Shown here one piece after another: positions 9,292 to 18,077 of a stretch of 64,000 nucleotides of DNA. The translations under genes were made by a program, and so were the position numbers. Source of the stretch: Dehalococcoidia bacterium (GTDB lineage Bacteria; Chloroflexota; Dehalococcoidia; DSTF01; RBG-16-68-14); assembly GCA_040882355.1 (NCBI GenBank), contig JBBEBM010000060.1, positions 1 through 64,000 of the forward strand, in the 5' to 3' direction. The notes under the pieces were generated by a model. That model had not been told where the DNA came from and did not search any database. It was given only the letters and a program-made list of their open reading frames with translations. The first letter of the stretch is position 1; each line of letters begins with the position of its first letter.

Positions 9292-10013
9292 GTGAGATCG
9301 AACCGCCAGCGTGCGTGTCCTCGGCGAAGGCGCAACGGCTGCGCATCCGGTTCGCTCGGGGCGCCGAAGCGCGCAACGTTGGCCACCTGGACATCGCCCG
9401 TGTCTGGGAGCGGGCGTTCCAGGAGGCGGGCATCACGGTCTCGTACTCCGAAGGGCGCCACCCGCGACCGCGCATCACGTTCGCGTCCGGGCTGCCCGGC
9501 GACGCCACAAGCGAGGGCGAGCTACTGGACGTGATCCTGGCGGAGCTCGTCTCACCGGCCGAAGTGGCGTCGCGGGTCCAGCCGCACCTGCCCGCCGGCA
9601 TCGACCTGCGCGAGGCCTTCGAGGTGGGCATGGGGCTGCACTCGCTCCCGTCGCTCGCGCGTTGGGCCGACTACCAGGTCGATCTGCCCGCGGAGAGCGC
9701 GGCTGACGTAGACGAGCGTGTCGCGAGGTTGCTCGCCGCCAACGAACTTCCGTGGGAGGATACGCGCGGCGAGAAGACTCGGCGCTACGACCTGCGAGCG
9801 CTGGTGCAGACGATCGTCGTCGAGCGGGCGGGCGAGGTCACGCGGCTTCGCATGCGCCTTCGCTGCGAAAGCGCGGGCGTCGGCCGGCCGGAACAGGTCG
9901 TGCTGGCGCTCGGCCTGCCCGCGCCCGCGAGCGTTCATCGCGAGCGTCTCGTCCTCACCGAGGTCTCGCCCGCCCGATACGCATGGCGCAGGCGCGGGCG
10001 ATTCGTGGCGTAG
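9288..10013 (+). CDS. Radical SAM-linked protein (DUF2344/TIGR03936)
   Basis: GHLDIARVWERA..SYSEGRHPRPRITFASGLP..SEGE motif. Confidence 0.8.
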   Translation: MSEIEPPACVSSAKAQRLRIRFARGAEARNVGHLDIARVWERAFQEAGITVSYSEGRHPRPRITFASGLPGDATSEGELLDVILAELVSPAEVASRVQPHLPAGIDLREAFEVGMGLHSLPSLARWADYQVDLPAESAADVDERVARLLAANELPWEDTRGEKTRRYDLRALVQTIVVERAGEVTRLRMRLRCESAGVGRPEQVVLALGLPAPASVHRERLVLTEVSPARYAWRRRGRFVA

Positions 10014-10041
10014 CTGCGCTCCTTGCCATAAGGAAGACTCC

Positions 10042-10455
10042 ATGCTATGGTTGCCGCACCTGGAGCGAGGTGGGAACCGGGAGCATGGATTGCGTAAACT
10101 TCCTCGGCTCTCGCTGACTCGGCTCACCATGCTGGCGGCAGCGATGGTGGTGGGCTATCTGCTTTTCTCTCTCGCAGGCGACGTCCTCCTCTCGAACCGC
10201 CTCAGCGCCGAGGAGCAACACACTCGGAACCAGATCGCCGAGCTCGAACGCCAGGAACGGGAGCTGACCGTCATGCGCGAGCGGCTCCAGAGCGACAGCT
10301 ACGTCGAGGGCGTCGCTCGGCGCGTGCTTGGCCTGGTGCGGCCGGGCGAGACGCTCGTCATCGTCTCATCGAGCGTCACGCCCACGCCCACCGCCACGCC
10401 ATCGACCGGCGACGACGAGGCGCGCCCCTGGTGGGAGGAGACGGACGGGCCGTAG
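10042..10455 (+). CDS. Septum formation initiator (FtsB/DivIC family)
   Basis: TM helix, coiled coil and YVEGVARRVLGLVRPGE motif. Confidence 0.8.
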   Translation: MLWLPHLERGGNREHGLRKLPRLSLTRLTMLAAAMVVGYLLFSLAGDVLLSNRLSAEEQHTRNQIAELERQERELTVMRERLQSDSYVEGVARRVLGLVRPGETLVIVSSSVTPTPTATPSTGDDEARPWWEETDGP

Positions 10456-10613
10456 TACCACGCGGGCGGAGGCCGCCGCCGGCGGGCGCTTCACCAGACA
10501 GGACCAGGAAGAGCCCGCCCGCGAGGTACCGGGCGCACCGCCACTGCACTAGCAGGGTGCCGAAAGCACTCACGCCTACCCTTCCCACCCGCCCGCCCAG
10601 GAAGGAAATTGGG

Positions 10614-10623
10614 NNNNNNNNNN
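10614..10623. other. Assembly gap (10 N)
   Basis: Run of n. Confidence 1.
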
Positions 10624-10782
10624 GGGGCAGCGCCCCTCTGCACTCCCCTCCCTCAGCGCCCCTGTTAGCATCCGGAGCCTCTTGTCCACGCCGGTCAGGC
10701 TAGCGTCCTGCGATGCATCCCCCAAGGGATTATCATGGGGGCGAGTATCCGCGTATGACCGGAGTGCCTGTGTGTGTTCGAT

Positions 10783-12249
10783 ATGTCTCAGAGTAAACGA
10801 GCCGCCTTGTTCAGCGCGGGCGCCTCTCTCGCGCCGCCGCGCGCGCTCGTCGCGCGGGTGCGACGCTTCATCCGCGAGGGCGCTCTCATTCGCCCGGGCG
10901 ACCGGGTGCTGGCCGGCGTCTCCGGCGGGCCCGACTCGACGTGCTTGCTGTTGACGCTCGCGGCGCTGCGCCGCTCGCTTGGCTTCGACCTGCACGTCGC
11001 GCACTTCGACCACCAGCTCCGCGGACCGCGCGCCGCCGAGCGAGAAGAACGCTTCGTGCGCTCGCTGTGCCAGGCGCTCGCGGCGCCGCTGGTCAGCGGC
11101 GCCGGCGACGTGCGCGCGCACGCCCGCGGGTACCACCAGTCCGTGGAAGAGGCAGCGCGCGAGCTGCGTTATCGCTTCCTGGCGCAGGCCGCGCGCGACG
11201 GCGGTTGCGCCATTGTCGCCGTTGGCCACACGCGCGACGATCAGGCAGAGACGGTGCTCCTCCACATCGTGCGGGGCAGCGGTCTCAGAGGCCTGGCGGC
11301 GATGGCGGCCGCGAGCGCCTGGCCCACCGGCCGTGGGCGCAACACGCCCCGCCTCGTGCGCCCGCTCCTTGCGCTCTCGCGCGACGACACCGAGGCATGC
11401 TGTCGGGAGGCGGGCGTCGAACCGCTGCATGATCCGTCGAACCGCTCGCAGGCGCACCTGCGCAATCGCGTCCGAAGCGAGCTGCTCCCCCTGCTCCGCG
11501 ACTACAACCCGCGCATCGAGGACGCGCTCGTCCGCCTCGCCGGCGCCGCTTCGAGCGACATTGAGGCGCTGGAGGCGCTCGCTGCCGAAGCGCTGGCGGG
11601 CGAGGCTGCGCGTGATGGCACGGTACGGCTCGACCGCAAGCGGCTCGCGGCGCTGCCGGAGGCGCTCGGCCGCCACGCCGTGCGGCTGGCCGTCGCCCGG
11701 TTGCTGGGCGACAGGCGCAACCTGAGCGACCGCCACGTTCAGGCCGTGCTCCGCGCTGCTGAAGGGCCTGCCGGCACGCGGCTCGACCTGCCGCGCGGCC
11801 TGTGCGTAGAAGTGCGGCGGGCCAGCGTCGTCATCTCGCCGCGAGCAGCGCCCGAAGCGCTGCCGGCGAACGAGCTGGCGCTGCCCGTCCCGGGTATCGT
11901 CAGCTTCGGGCTGTGGCGCATCGAGGCCGAGCTGCTCCATAGGGCGCCCTCTCGGCTACCCGACGACCCGCTCACTGCCTATCTGGACGCGGACGCTTGC
12001 GGGGCCTCGCTGTCGATTCGAACACGCCGGCCCGGCGACCGCTTCCAGTCGCTGGGGCTGGGCAGCCCGAAGAAGCTGCAGGACTTCTTCGTCGACGCCC
12101 ACGTGCCACGTTCGGAACGCGACGGCGTGCCGCTCGTCTGCGGCGAGCGCGGCATCGCGTGGGTCGTCGGGCTGCGCCCGGCCGAGTGGGCGAGGCTGAC
12201 GCCGAAGACGCGCCGGGTGCTCCGGGTGCGCGCAAAACGGCTTTCCTAG
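10783..12249 (+). CDS. tilS: tRNA(Ile)-lysidine synthetase
   Basis: SGGPDS, HFDHQLR, ARELRY, GHTRDDQAET and RNRVR motifs; C-terminal KKLQDFFVD. Confidence 0.95.
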   Translation: MSQSKRAALFSAGASLAPPRALVARVRRFIREGALIRPGDRVLAGVSGGPDSTCLLLTLAALRRSLGFDLHVAHFDHQLRGPRAAEREERFVRSLCQALAAPLVSGAGDVRAHARGYHQSVEEAARELRYRFLAQAARDGGCAIVAVGHTRDDQAETVLLHIVRGSGLRGLAAMAAASAWPTGRGRNTPRLVRPLLALSRDDTEACCREAGVEPLHDPSNRSQAHLRNRVRSELLPLLRDYNPRIEDALVRLAGAASSDIEALEALAAEALAGEAARDGTVRLDRKRLAALPEALGRHAVRLAVARLLGDRRNLSDRHVQAVLRAAEGPAGTRLDLPRGLCVEVRRASVVISPRAAPEALPANELALPVPGIVSFGLWRIEAELLHRAPSRLPDDPLTAYLDADACGASLSIRTRRPGDRFQSLGLGSPKKLQDFFVDAHVPRSERDGVPLVCGERGIAWVVGLRPAEWARLTPKTRRVLRVRAKRLS

Positions 12250-12264
12250 AAGACTTTGACGCCT

Positions 12265-12364
12265 GAATCCTTGACAAGTCCGACCAACGTACTATGCTAT
12301 GAGACATCTGGTGGCAGCACCCTTCAGAGTCTGCTGCGAACTACCTGCGGGGAGGGAGGTTCAT
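12265..12364 (+). promoter_or_regulatory. Promoter/leader module, copy 1 (repeated at 13506)
   Basis: TTGACA-16 bp-TATGCT, hairpin GCAGCA/TGCTGC, SD GGAGG; first 53 nt differ from copy 2 at 3 positions. Confidence 0.7.
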
Positions 12365-13202
12365 GATGAACGGCACGCTTAGGCTAAGGTTTACGGTCCT
12401 GACGTTGTTATTAGGGCTGGCGCTGGCTTTCGCGCTGATCGGAAGCAGCCACGACGCGCGGCGAGCGGAGGCGGCGCTCAGCGCGCCCGACCTTGCGATG
12501 ACCATCGACCATGACGGCGGCGGCGACGACTGCGACACAAGGTCGAGCACGGCGTCGATCGGCACAACCTGCACCGTGACCGTCGGCAACATGTTTACCT
12601 TGAAGGGCAACATCGATAAGGTTGCCGGGCTACCCGGCACCGGGGGCTATATCGTCTTCCAGTTCCAGTTCCTGTATACGAACCCCGGGCTGACCCGAAA
12701 CAACAGGACCGGCTCCATGGAAGTCGGCCCCGACGCAGGCGCGGGCGTCCCGACGTTCTGGAAGAACATGAACGCTGGCTCGGACATACCATGCGCCCCG
12801 AACAGCGAGGTCGATGGCGCTGGCAGCTACTATGTTGACTGCTGGGGGCCAGGGACCAAGTCTTCGTATACCGGCACGCTGGTGGAAGTGGACTTCACCT
12901 GCGCCACACTGGGTACGCGGACCATCACGATGCAAGATGCCGGGACGTACGTGCACAACCAGAGCCACGGCAACACACCGCCGGACGTGGATGGTGACGA
13001 GGTGCTCACGATCGAGTGTGTCACCGGAGCTGCGGTGGGCGGAGTCGCCGGGCCACCCGACGTCGCGCGATCACCCCTGCAGGCGAGCCGCGATCAATCG
13101 GGTCCCGCGGGGTGGCTGACGGCTATGCTCGCTGCTGCGGCGGCGGGCGGCATCGCCTTCGGCGGCGCGTTTTGGTACGCCCGGGGACGCCGCTCCAGCT
13201 AA
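12363..13202 (+). CDS. Secreted cohesin-like beta-sandwich protein with VGG C-terminal anchor
   Basis: Signal peptide ending AEA; paralog of 13633; ends AVGGVAGPPD-spacer-TM-WYARGRR. Confidence 0.75.
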   Translation: MMNGTLRLRFTVLTLLLGLALAFALIGSSHDARRAEAALSAPDLAMTIDHDGGGDDCDTRSSTASIGTTCTVTVGNMFTLKGNIDKVAGLPGTGGYIVFQFQFLYTNPGLTRNNRTGSMEVGPDAGAGVPTFWKNMNAGSDIPCAPNSEVDGAGSYYVDCWGPGTKSSYTGTLVEVDFTCATLGTRTITMQDAGTYVHNQSHGNTPPDVDGDEVLTIECVTGAAVGGVAGPPDVARSPLQASRDQSGPAGWLTAMLAAAAAGGIAFGGAFWYARGRRSS

Positions 13203-13505
13203 GTTGTACGGCATTCCTTGAACGCGAAGGGCTGAGCGTCAACTGCAGCCCGACGCGCGCGGTCGGCAACCACGCCCGGAGGGCGTCGCTGGACTGTGTC
13301 CTGCGCCTGCCGAGGCGTTGCGGCAGATCTGCTCTTGGAGTGCCGCCTGCGCCGGTCGCTTCGGGTGCGTGCCAGAGCGACGGGCCACTTGCTCATCTGG
13401 CTGCGCAGAGGTTGGGGAACTCCCTGGCGGGTCGGTGCTCGCTGGCGAGTGAACCAGGCTCACGTCCGGGCCGAAGCCGGCTCCCGAGAAACCTTCTCTC
13501 CTCCC

Positions 13506-13604
13506 GAATCCCTGACAAGTCCGACCGACGTACTACGCTATGAGACATCTGGTGGCAGGTGAACCCAAGCAGCCTGCCGTGGACCTTTGCGGGAGGGGGT
13601 TCAC
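13506..13604 (+). promoter_or_regulatory. Promoter/leader module, copy 2
   Basis: CTGACA..TACGCT, GAGACATCTGGTGGCAG, hairpin GGCAGG/CCTGCC. Confidence 0.65.
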
Positions 13605-13632
13605 GATTCGCGTAGACAGCGTTCGTCGATCG

Positions 13633-14469
13633 ATGGTCGGCGCTCTGAGGGCGTCGCACACCTGGAGCCTTGCCGTTGCTATCGCCCTTGGCGCCCTGGC
13701 GCTTGGCCATCGGCCGGGCGAGGCCGCCAGCGGCGGGCCCGACATCTCCCTCGCGATCGACGCGGATGGAGGCGGGGACGACTGTGACACACGGTCTGGC
13801 ACGTCCACGGGCGCGACCTGCGCCATCGATCTAGGTGAGCAGTTCGTGGTCAAGGGTAACGTGGACAGCGCGGCCGGGCTCCCCGACATCGATGGCGACA
13901 CGCAGATGGGCTACGCGGGCTTCCAGTTTCGCCTCCAGCACACACCGGGCCTCACGCTGAATAACCCGCCCGGCACGGACACGGAGTTGGGCTTCCCGGG
14001 CCCGTTCTGGCCGGTCTGTGGTAACGGTCGTGGCGATGCCTTGTCGGGACAGACGTACGACATCGTCTGCTTCTCGTCGGGGGCGGAGTCCCTGTTCCTT
14101 GGCAAGGTGGTTGAAGTGACCTACGAGTGCTCGGCGCCCGGTCCGCAAACCGTCACCATGGACGACGCCGGCAGCTATATCCACAACGACGGCCATGGCA
14201 ACCTTCCTCTGGACAAAGAGGGAAACGAGCTGCTCACGATCAACTGCGGCACGACATCCGCCGTCGGCGGCATCGCCGGACCGGCTGCCGCCATGCTTGC
14301 GGCACAGGATCAGGGCGCTGCTTCATCGAGAGGCACTTCGGGGATCACCGGAGGCGGCGCCGCACCTCGCGGCGCTGTTCTGGCAGCCGGAGCGTTTGGC
14401 TGCGCTCTCTGGTTGGCGCGTAGACGGGCCAGGTCCACGGACCCAAAGCTAGGAAGGAGGCAATCATGA
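13633..14469 (+). CDS. Secreted cohesin-like protein with VGG C-terminal anchor (paralog of 12363)
   Basis: Shares DGGGDDCDTRS, KGNxD, FQF and YxHNxxHGN; ends AVGGIAGP...LWLARRR; start uncertain. Confidence 0.7.
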   Translation: MVGALRASHTWSLAVAIALGALALGHRPGEAASGGPDISLAIDADGGGDDCDTRSGTSTGATCAIDLGEQFVVKGNVDSAAGLPDIDGDTQMGYAGFQFRLQHTPGLTLNNPPGTDTELGFPGPFWPVCGNGRGDALSGQTYDIVCFSSGAESLFLGKVVEVTYECSAPGPQTVTMDDAGSYIHNDGHGNLPLDKEGNELLTINCGTTSAVGGIAGPAAAMLAAQDQGAASSRGTSGITGGGAAPRGAVLAAGAFGCALWLARRRARSTDPKLGRRQS

Positions 14470-15404
14470 GGATTGCACAGATCGGTCTCGTCGCGGTTCT
14501 GCTCGCCATCGGCACGATGTTCGTTCAAGAGCGAAGCGCGTTCGCAGCCTTCCATTGCATGCGCATTCACGCGGTGATGGCGGGCTTCAACACAAACAAC
14601 AGTATCCAGTACGTCGAGCTGCGAATGAACACGGGCGGGCAGACCGCTGTGAGCGGCCACGAGGTGCGCTTCTACGACTCGGCCGGCACGCACAAGGCCA
14701 CGTTCACCATCCCTGGTTTCATCAGCAACGGCTCCACCGGCGACTCTATCCTGATCGGCACGAGCGAGTTCAACGCGGCCACCCTGGGCGGCGACGCCGA
14801 CTTCACGTTTTCGATGGCGAACACGACGGGACTGAATGGCGGCGATCCGCTCCACCCTGTCCAGTCTACTGGAGGCCGGATCGAGTTCGCCCCGGGATTC
14901 GACAACTGCGACGTCGACATCACAGCGAGCCCGGGTGAGGTCGACACCGTCGGCTACGGCGGCGGCAGTACGTCCTACGGGTCCTCCGCGGTCGCGCTGC
15001 CCAGCCCAAGCGACAACCGCGCGCTGCGCCTCTCGAACCTCGGGGTCGAGGCGACGAACAACTCGACGGAGTACTCGCTGCAAGCGGCCTCGGCGACCAC
15101 GTTCAGCGTATCGCCGGGTAGTCTGGCGACCGACTTTACGACCCCGCGAAACAACGGCAGGGTCGTGCTGCAGCTCGGAACGAATCCCACACCGACGCCG
15201 ACCATCACCCCTACGCCCACCGTCACGCCCATTCCCCTCGGCGGGGTGGCCGGGGCGCCGGACCTCGACCCAAGCGCGGCCGGAGCGAGCGATAGCTCAG
15301 GTGACGGGTCTGGCACGGCGACGTGGATTGCCCTGGGCATTGCGGGTACGGCGGCTGCGCTCGGCGCAAGCGTCTGGTACGGGAGGAGGCGGCGGGCGCT
15401 CTAG
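14466..15404 (+). CDS. Secreted protein (possibly lamin-tail-like fold) with PT linker and VGG-type anchor
   Basis: Signal ending AFA; FHCMRIHAVM..QYVELRM; PTPTPT linker; PLGGVAGAPD-TM-WYGRRRR. Confidence 0.75.
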   Translation: MRIAQIGLVAVLLAIGTMFVQERSAFAAFHCMRIHAVMAGFNTNNSIQYVELRMNTGGQTAVSGHEVRFYDSAGTHKATFTIPGFISNGSTGDSILIGTSEFNAATLGGDADFTFSMANTTGLNGGDPLHPVQSTGGRIEFAPGFDNCDVDITASPGEVDTVGYGGGSTSYGSSAVALPSPSDNRALRLSNLGVEATNNSTEYSLQAASATTFSVSPGSLATDFTTPRNNGRVVLQLGTNPTPTPTITPTPTVTPIPLGGVAGAPDLDPSAAGASDSSGDGSGTATWIALGIAGTAAALGASVWYGRRRRAL

Positions 15405-15424
15405 CGGCCTGCAATGAGACCACA

Positions 15425-16306
15425 ATGAGCTTCGTACGAGCCGCCTTTCTGATCGTCGCCCTTATGCTTGGCGGGCTCCTGGCCCAGCAGCCGCGCCCTG
15501 CGTTCGCGGACTTTCATTGCATGCGCATCCACGCGGTGATGGGAAGCGCTGCAGCCGGCAGCAACGTCCAGTATGTGGAGCTGCGCATGTCGCTGCTGGC
15601 CCAGAACTTCATCGGCGGGCACAAGATCCGCTTCTACGACGCAAGCAACGTACTGAAGGCGACCTTCACGTTTCCCGGCAACCTCTTCGCGAACGCCCTG
15701 AACGGCGAGTCGATCCTGATCGGCACGCAGGAGTTCAACGCTGCGACCGCCGGGGGCGACGCCGATTTCACATTCTCCATGGCGAACACCGTCGGTAGCA
15801 ATGGCGGCGACCCGCTCCACCCGGTCCAGTCGCCCGGCGGCAAGGTCGTGTTCGCCGGCGAGGTGGGGGACTTCGACTGCAACTTCAACCCGCCGCCCGT
15901 CGACTCTGTGGGCTACGGCGCCTACACGGGGCCGATCGACTTCGGAACGGGACCGGCCCCGGGACTGGCCAATCCGGGCAACACCGTGCTGAGGTTAGGC
16001 ACACTGACGCTCAAGCCATCGAACAACGCGACCGAGTACTCGCTGCAGCTCGCGTCGAGCACGACCTACAGCGTGCCAAGTGGCAACCTCAAGACCGATC
16101 TAGGCACCCCGCGAAATAACGCCAGAATAGTGTTGCAGTTGCCCTCGGCAGTCGGAGGCGTCGTCAGACCGCCCGACATCGCGGGGACAGCGGCCCAGGC
16201 CAGCCGCGACGAAGGGACGAGCTACGGAGGGCTGGTCGTCCTCGCCACGGTCGCTGCTGTTGCCGTGACACTGGCCGGGGGCATACTGTTCTTCAAGCGG
16301 CGTTAA
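15425..16306 (+). CDS. Secreted paralog of 14466 with VGG anchor
   Basis: Shares FHCMRIHAVM, GGDADFTFSMANT and GGDPLHPVQS; ends AVGGVVRPPD-TM-FFKRR. Confidence 0.75.
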   Translation: MSFVRAAFLIVALMLGGLLAQQPRPAFADFHCMRIHAVMGSAAAGSNVQYVELRMSLLAQNFIGGHKIRFYDASNVLKATFTFPGNLFANALNGESILIGTQEFNAATAGGDADFTFSMANTVGSNGGDPLHPVQSPGGKVVFAGEVGDFDCNFNPPPVDSVGYGAYTGPIDFGTGPAPGLANPGNTVLRLGTLTLKPSNNATEYSLQLASSTTYSVPSGNLKTDLGTPRNNARIVLQLPSAVGGVVRPPDIAGTAAQASRDEGTSYGGLVVLATVAAVAVTLAGGILFFKRR

Positions 16307-16377
16307 CCGTTGGGACATCGCGGCGCGTCCTGTGCGCCGGCAGCACATAGTCAAGTCAAGCAAGGAGGAGGAAACGC

Positions 16378-17004
16378 ATGAATACAAGATGGCTACTACG
16401 GTTGACAGGATCGATGGCGGTGAGTCTGGGGGTGCTCCTGGCGCTGGCCTATCAGGCGACTCCGGCTCGGGCGGAGGTCATAAACTTCCGGTCGACGCTG
16501 GACGCGGCCCAGGCGATCTCCACGTGTCCGGGCGGGTCACCGGCTACGGGAAGCGGCACGATGACCTACGATACCGACACGAACCTGCTGACATGGAATA
16601 TCATGTTCAGCAATCTCTCCGGGGCCGTCACGGTCGCGCACTTCCACGGCCCGGCCGCGCCTCTTGTTGACGCCGGTATCCAGGTCACCATCACAGACAT
16701 CACGTCGCCCAGCGTGGGCAGCATGACGATCACCGAGACGCAAGAAACCCAGCTGCGGAACGAGCTGTGGTACACCAACTATCACACAGCCATGTGCGGC
16801 GGCGGCGAGATCCGCGGCCAGGTGCTCTTCGCGCCGGTAGGCGGCATCGCCGAACCGCCAGACGCTGCGGCATCGCCCCTCAAGGCCGGTGCGAACTCAG
16901 ACGGTAACTCCTGGCTCATCGCATCGCTCGCGGCCGCCGCTGGGGTTGCTGTCGTCGTATTCGGCGGCAGCGTCTGGTACGCTAAGGGGCGTTCGCGCGA
17001 CTAG
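16378..17004 (+). CDS. CHRD domain protein with VGG anchor
   Basis: AHFHGPA..WYTNYHT..GGEIRGQV CHRD motifs; PVGGIAEPPD-TM-WYAKGRSR; strong SD. Confidence 0.85.
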   Translation: MNTRWLLRLTGSMAVSLGVLLALAYQATPARAEVINFRSTLDAAQAISTCPGGSPATGSGTMTYDTDTNLLTWNIMFSNLSGAVTVAHFHGPAAPLVDAGIQVTITDITSPSVGSMTITETQETQLRNELWYTNYHTAMCGGGEIRGQVLFAPVGGIAEPPDAAASPLKAGANSDGNSWLIASLAAAAGVAVVVFGGSVWYAKGRSRD

Positions 17005-17029
17005 TCGCCGCGCATCGCCAGGCGACCGC

Positions 17030-17800
17030 ATGAACAGAAGAACCAGACTGGCGTTCTTGGCCACGGCCGCGCTCTTGGGCGCGGCTGTGGCCGCCGCCGT
17101 CTTCCTGATCTCGTCCTCATCGTTCGGAGGCGGCTCGAACCGGCCCTCGGCCGTTATTGTGGACCAGCTCGACCTCACGTACCCGAACCCGGCCTTCGCG
17201 AGGGATGCGACGAGCGTCCTTGAGAAGGCCGGGTTCGAGGTCGACTACTACCCGGGCGAGGAGGTAACGGTCGATTTCTATCGAGAGCTGCCGGCGCGCG
17301 GCTACGACATCGTGCTGATGCGGGCGCACTCAGCTCGCTACCAGGGCTCCTGGCAGGGCGAGCAGAAGGACCTGGTGGAGATCTTCACGTCAGAGGGGTA
17401 CAGTCTCGCCGACCATGCGGAGGAGCAGCAATCGGGCCGCCTGGGCGTCGTCTCCTACTTCGACGACCCGGAACAGCGCCAATACTTCGGCATCACGCCG
17501 GAGTTCATCACCGGGAGCATGCGGGGCGACTTCAATGGCGCGACGGTGATCCTGATGGGCTGCAACGGCCTGAGCACCGGGTCGACCGCGCAGGCGTTCA
17601 TGGACAAGGGCGCCGCCGCGGTGGTCGGCTGGGACGAAGCGGTCTCCGCCGTTCATACGGACGCCGCCACGCTTAGCCTGCTCCGCCACCTTATCGACGG
17701 CGATCTCCCGGCCGATGACGCCGTCGCGGCCGCGATGGACGAGGTTGGCCCGGACGTCCCCTTCGACAGCACCCTCCGAACATACAAGAGCGCAGGCTAA
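17030..17800 (+). CDS. Membrane-anchored caspase/CHAT-like (clan CD) cysteine peptidase candidate
   Basis: N-terminal TM/signal anchor; IVLMRAH(100)S and VILMGC(178) strand-His/strand-Cys pattern; AFMDKGAAAVVGW CHAT-like motif. Confidence 0.6.
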   Translation: MNRRTRLAFLATAALLGAAVAAAVFLISSSSFGGGSNRPSAVIVDQLDLTYPNPAFARDATSVLEKAGFEVDYYPGEEVTVDFYRELPARGYDIVLMRAHSARYQGSWQGEQKDLVEIFTSEGYSLADHAEEQQSGRLGVVSYFDDPEQRQYFGITPEFITGSMRGDFNGATVILMGCNGLSTGSTAQAFMDKGAAAVVGWDEAVSAVHTDAATLSLLRHLIDGDLPADDAVAAAMDEVGPDVPFDSTLRTYKSAG

Positions 17801-18030
17801 CTGACGCAATCCGGCCTGCCGGCGATGCCCGCTTGACGGCAGCAAGCGGCGTGTCGTTTACTCTATGCACACGCGCGGCGCGACTGGCACAAGCGCCGTG
17901 GCACGAACCAGCAGCCAGGGAGGTCGCCATCGCATGCTGTGCTTGGTCATCTCGAGCCCTGCACAGCGCATGCCCGCTGGCCTTGCTGGTCGGAGTACCT
18001 GAGCACTAAGCTGATCATCCGGCGCACCTG

Positions 18031-18059
18031 AGCCACGGGCAAGCGACCCGTGGCTTTTT
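18031..18059 (+). terminator. Intrinsic terminator/attenuator 18 nt upstream of the MFS gene
   Basis: AGCCACGGG-loop-CCCGTGGCT followed by TTTT. Confidence 0.75.
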
Positions 18060-18077
18060 CGTTCTTCGAGGTGCCCG

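Noticed and set aside
12265..13604. Repeat pair considered as CRISPR repeats or attL/attR sites
   Set aside because: Only two copies 1.2 kb apart, each in front of a paralogous gene; no spacers, cas or integrase genes.
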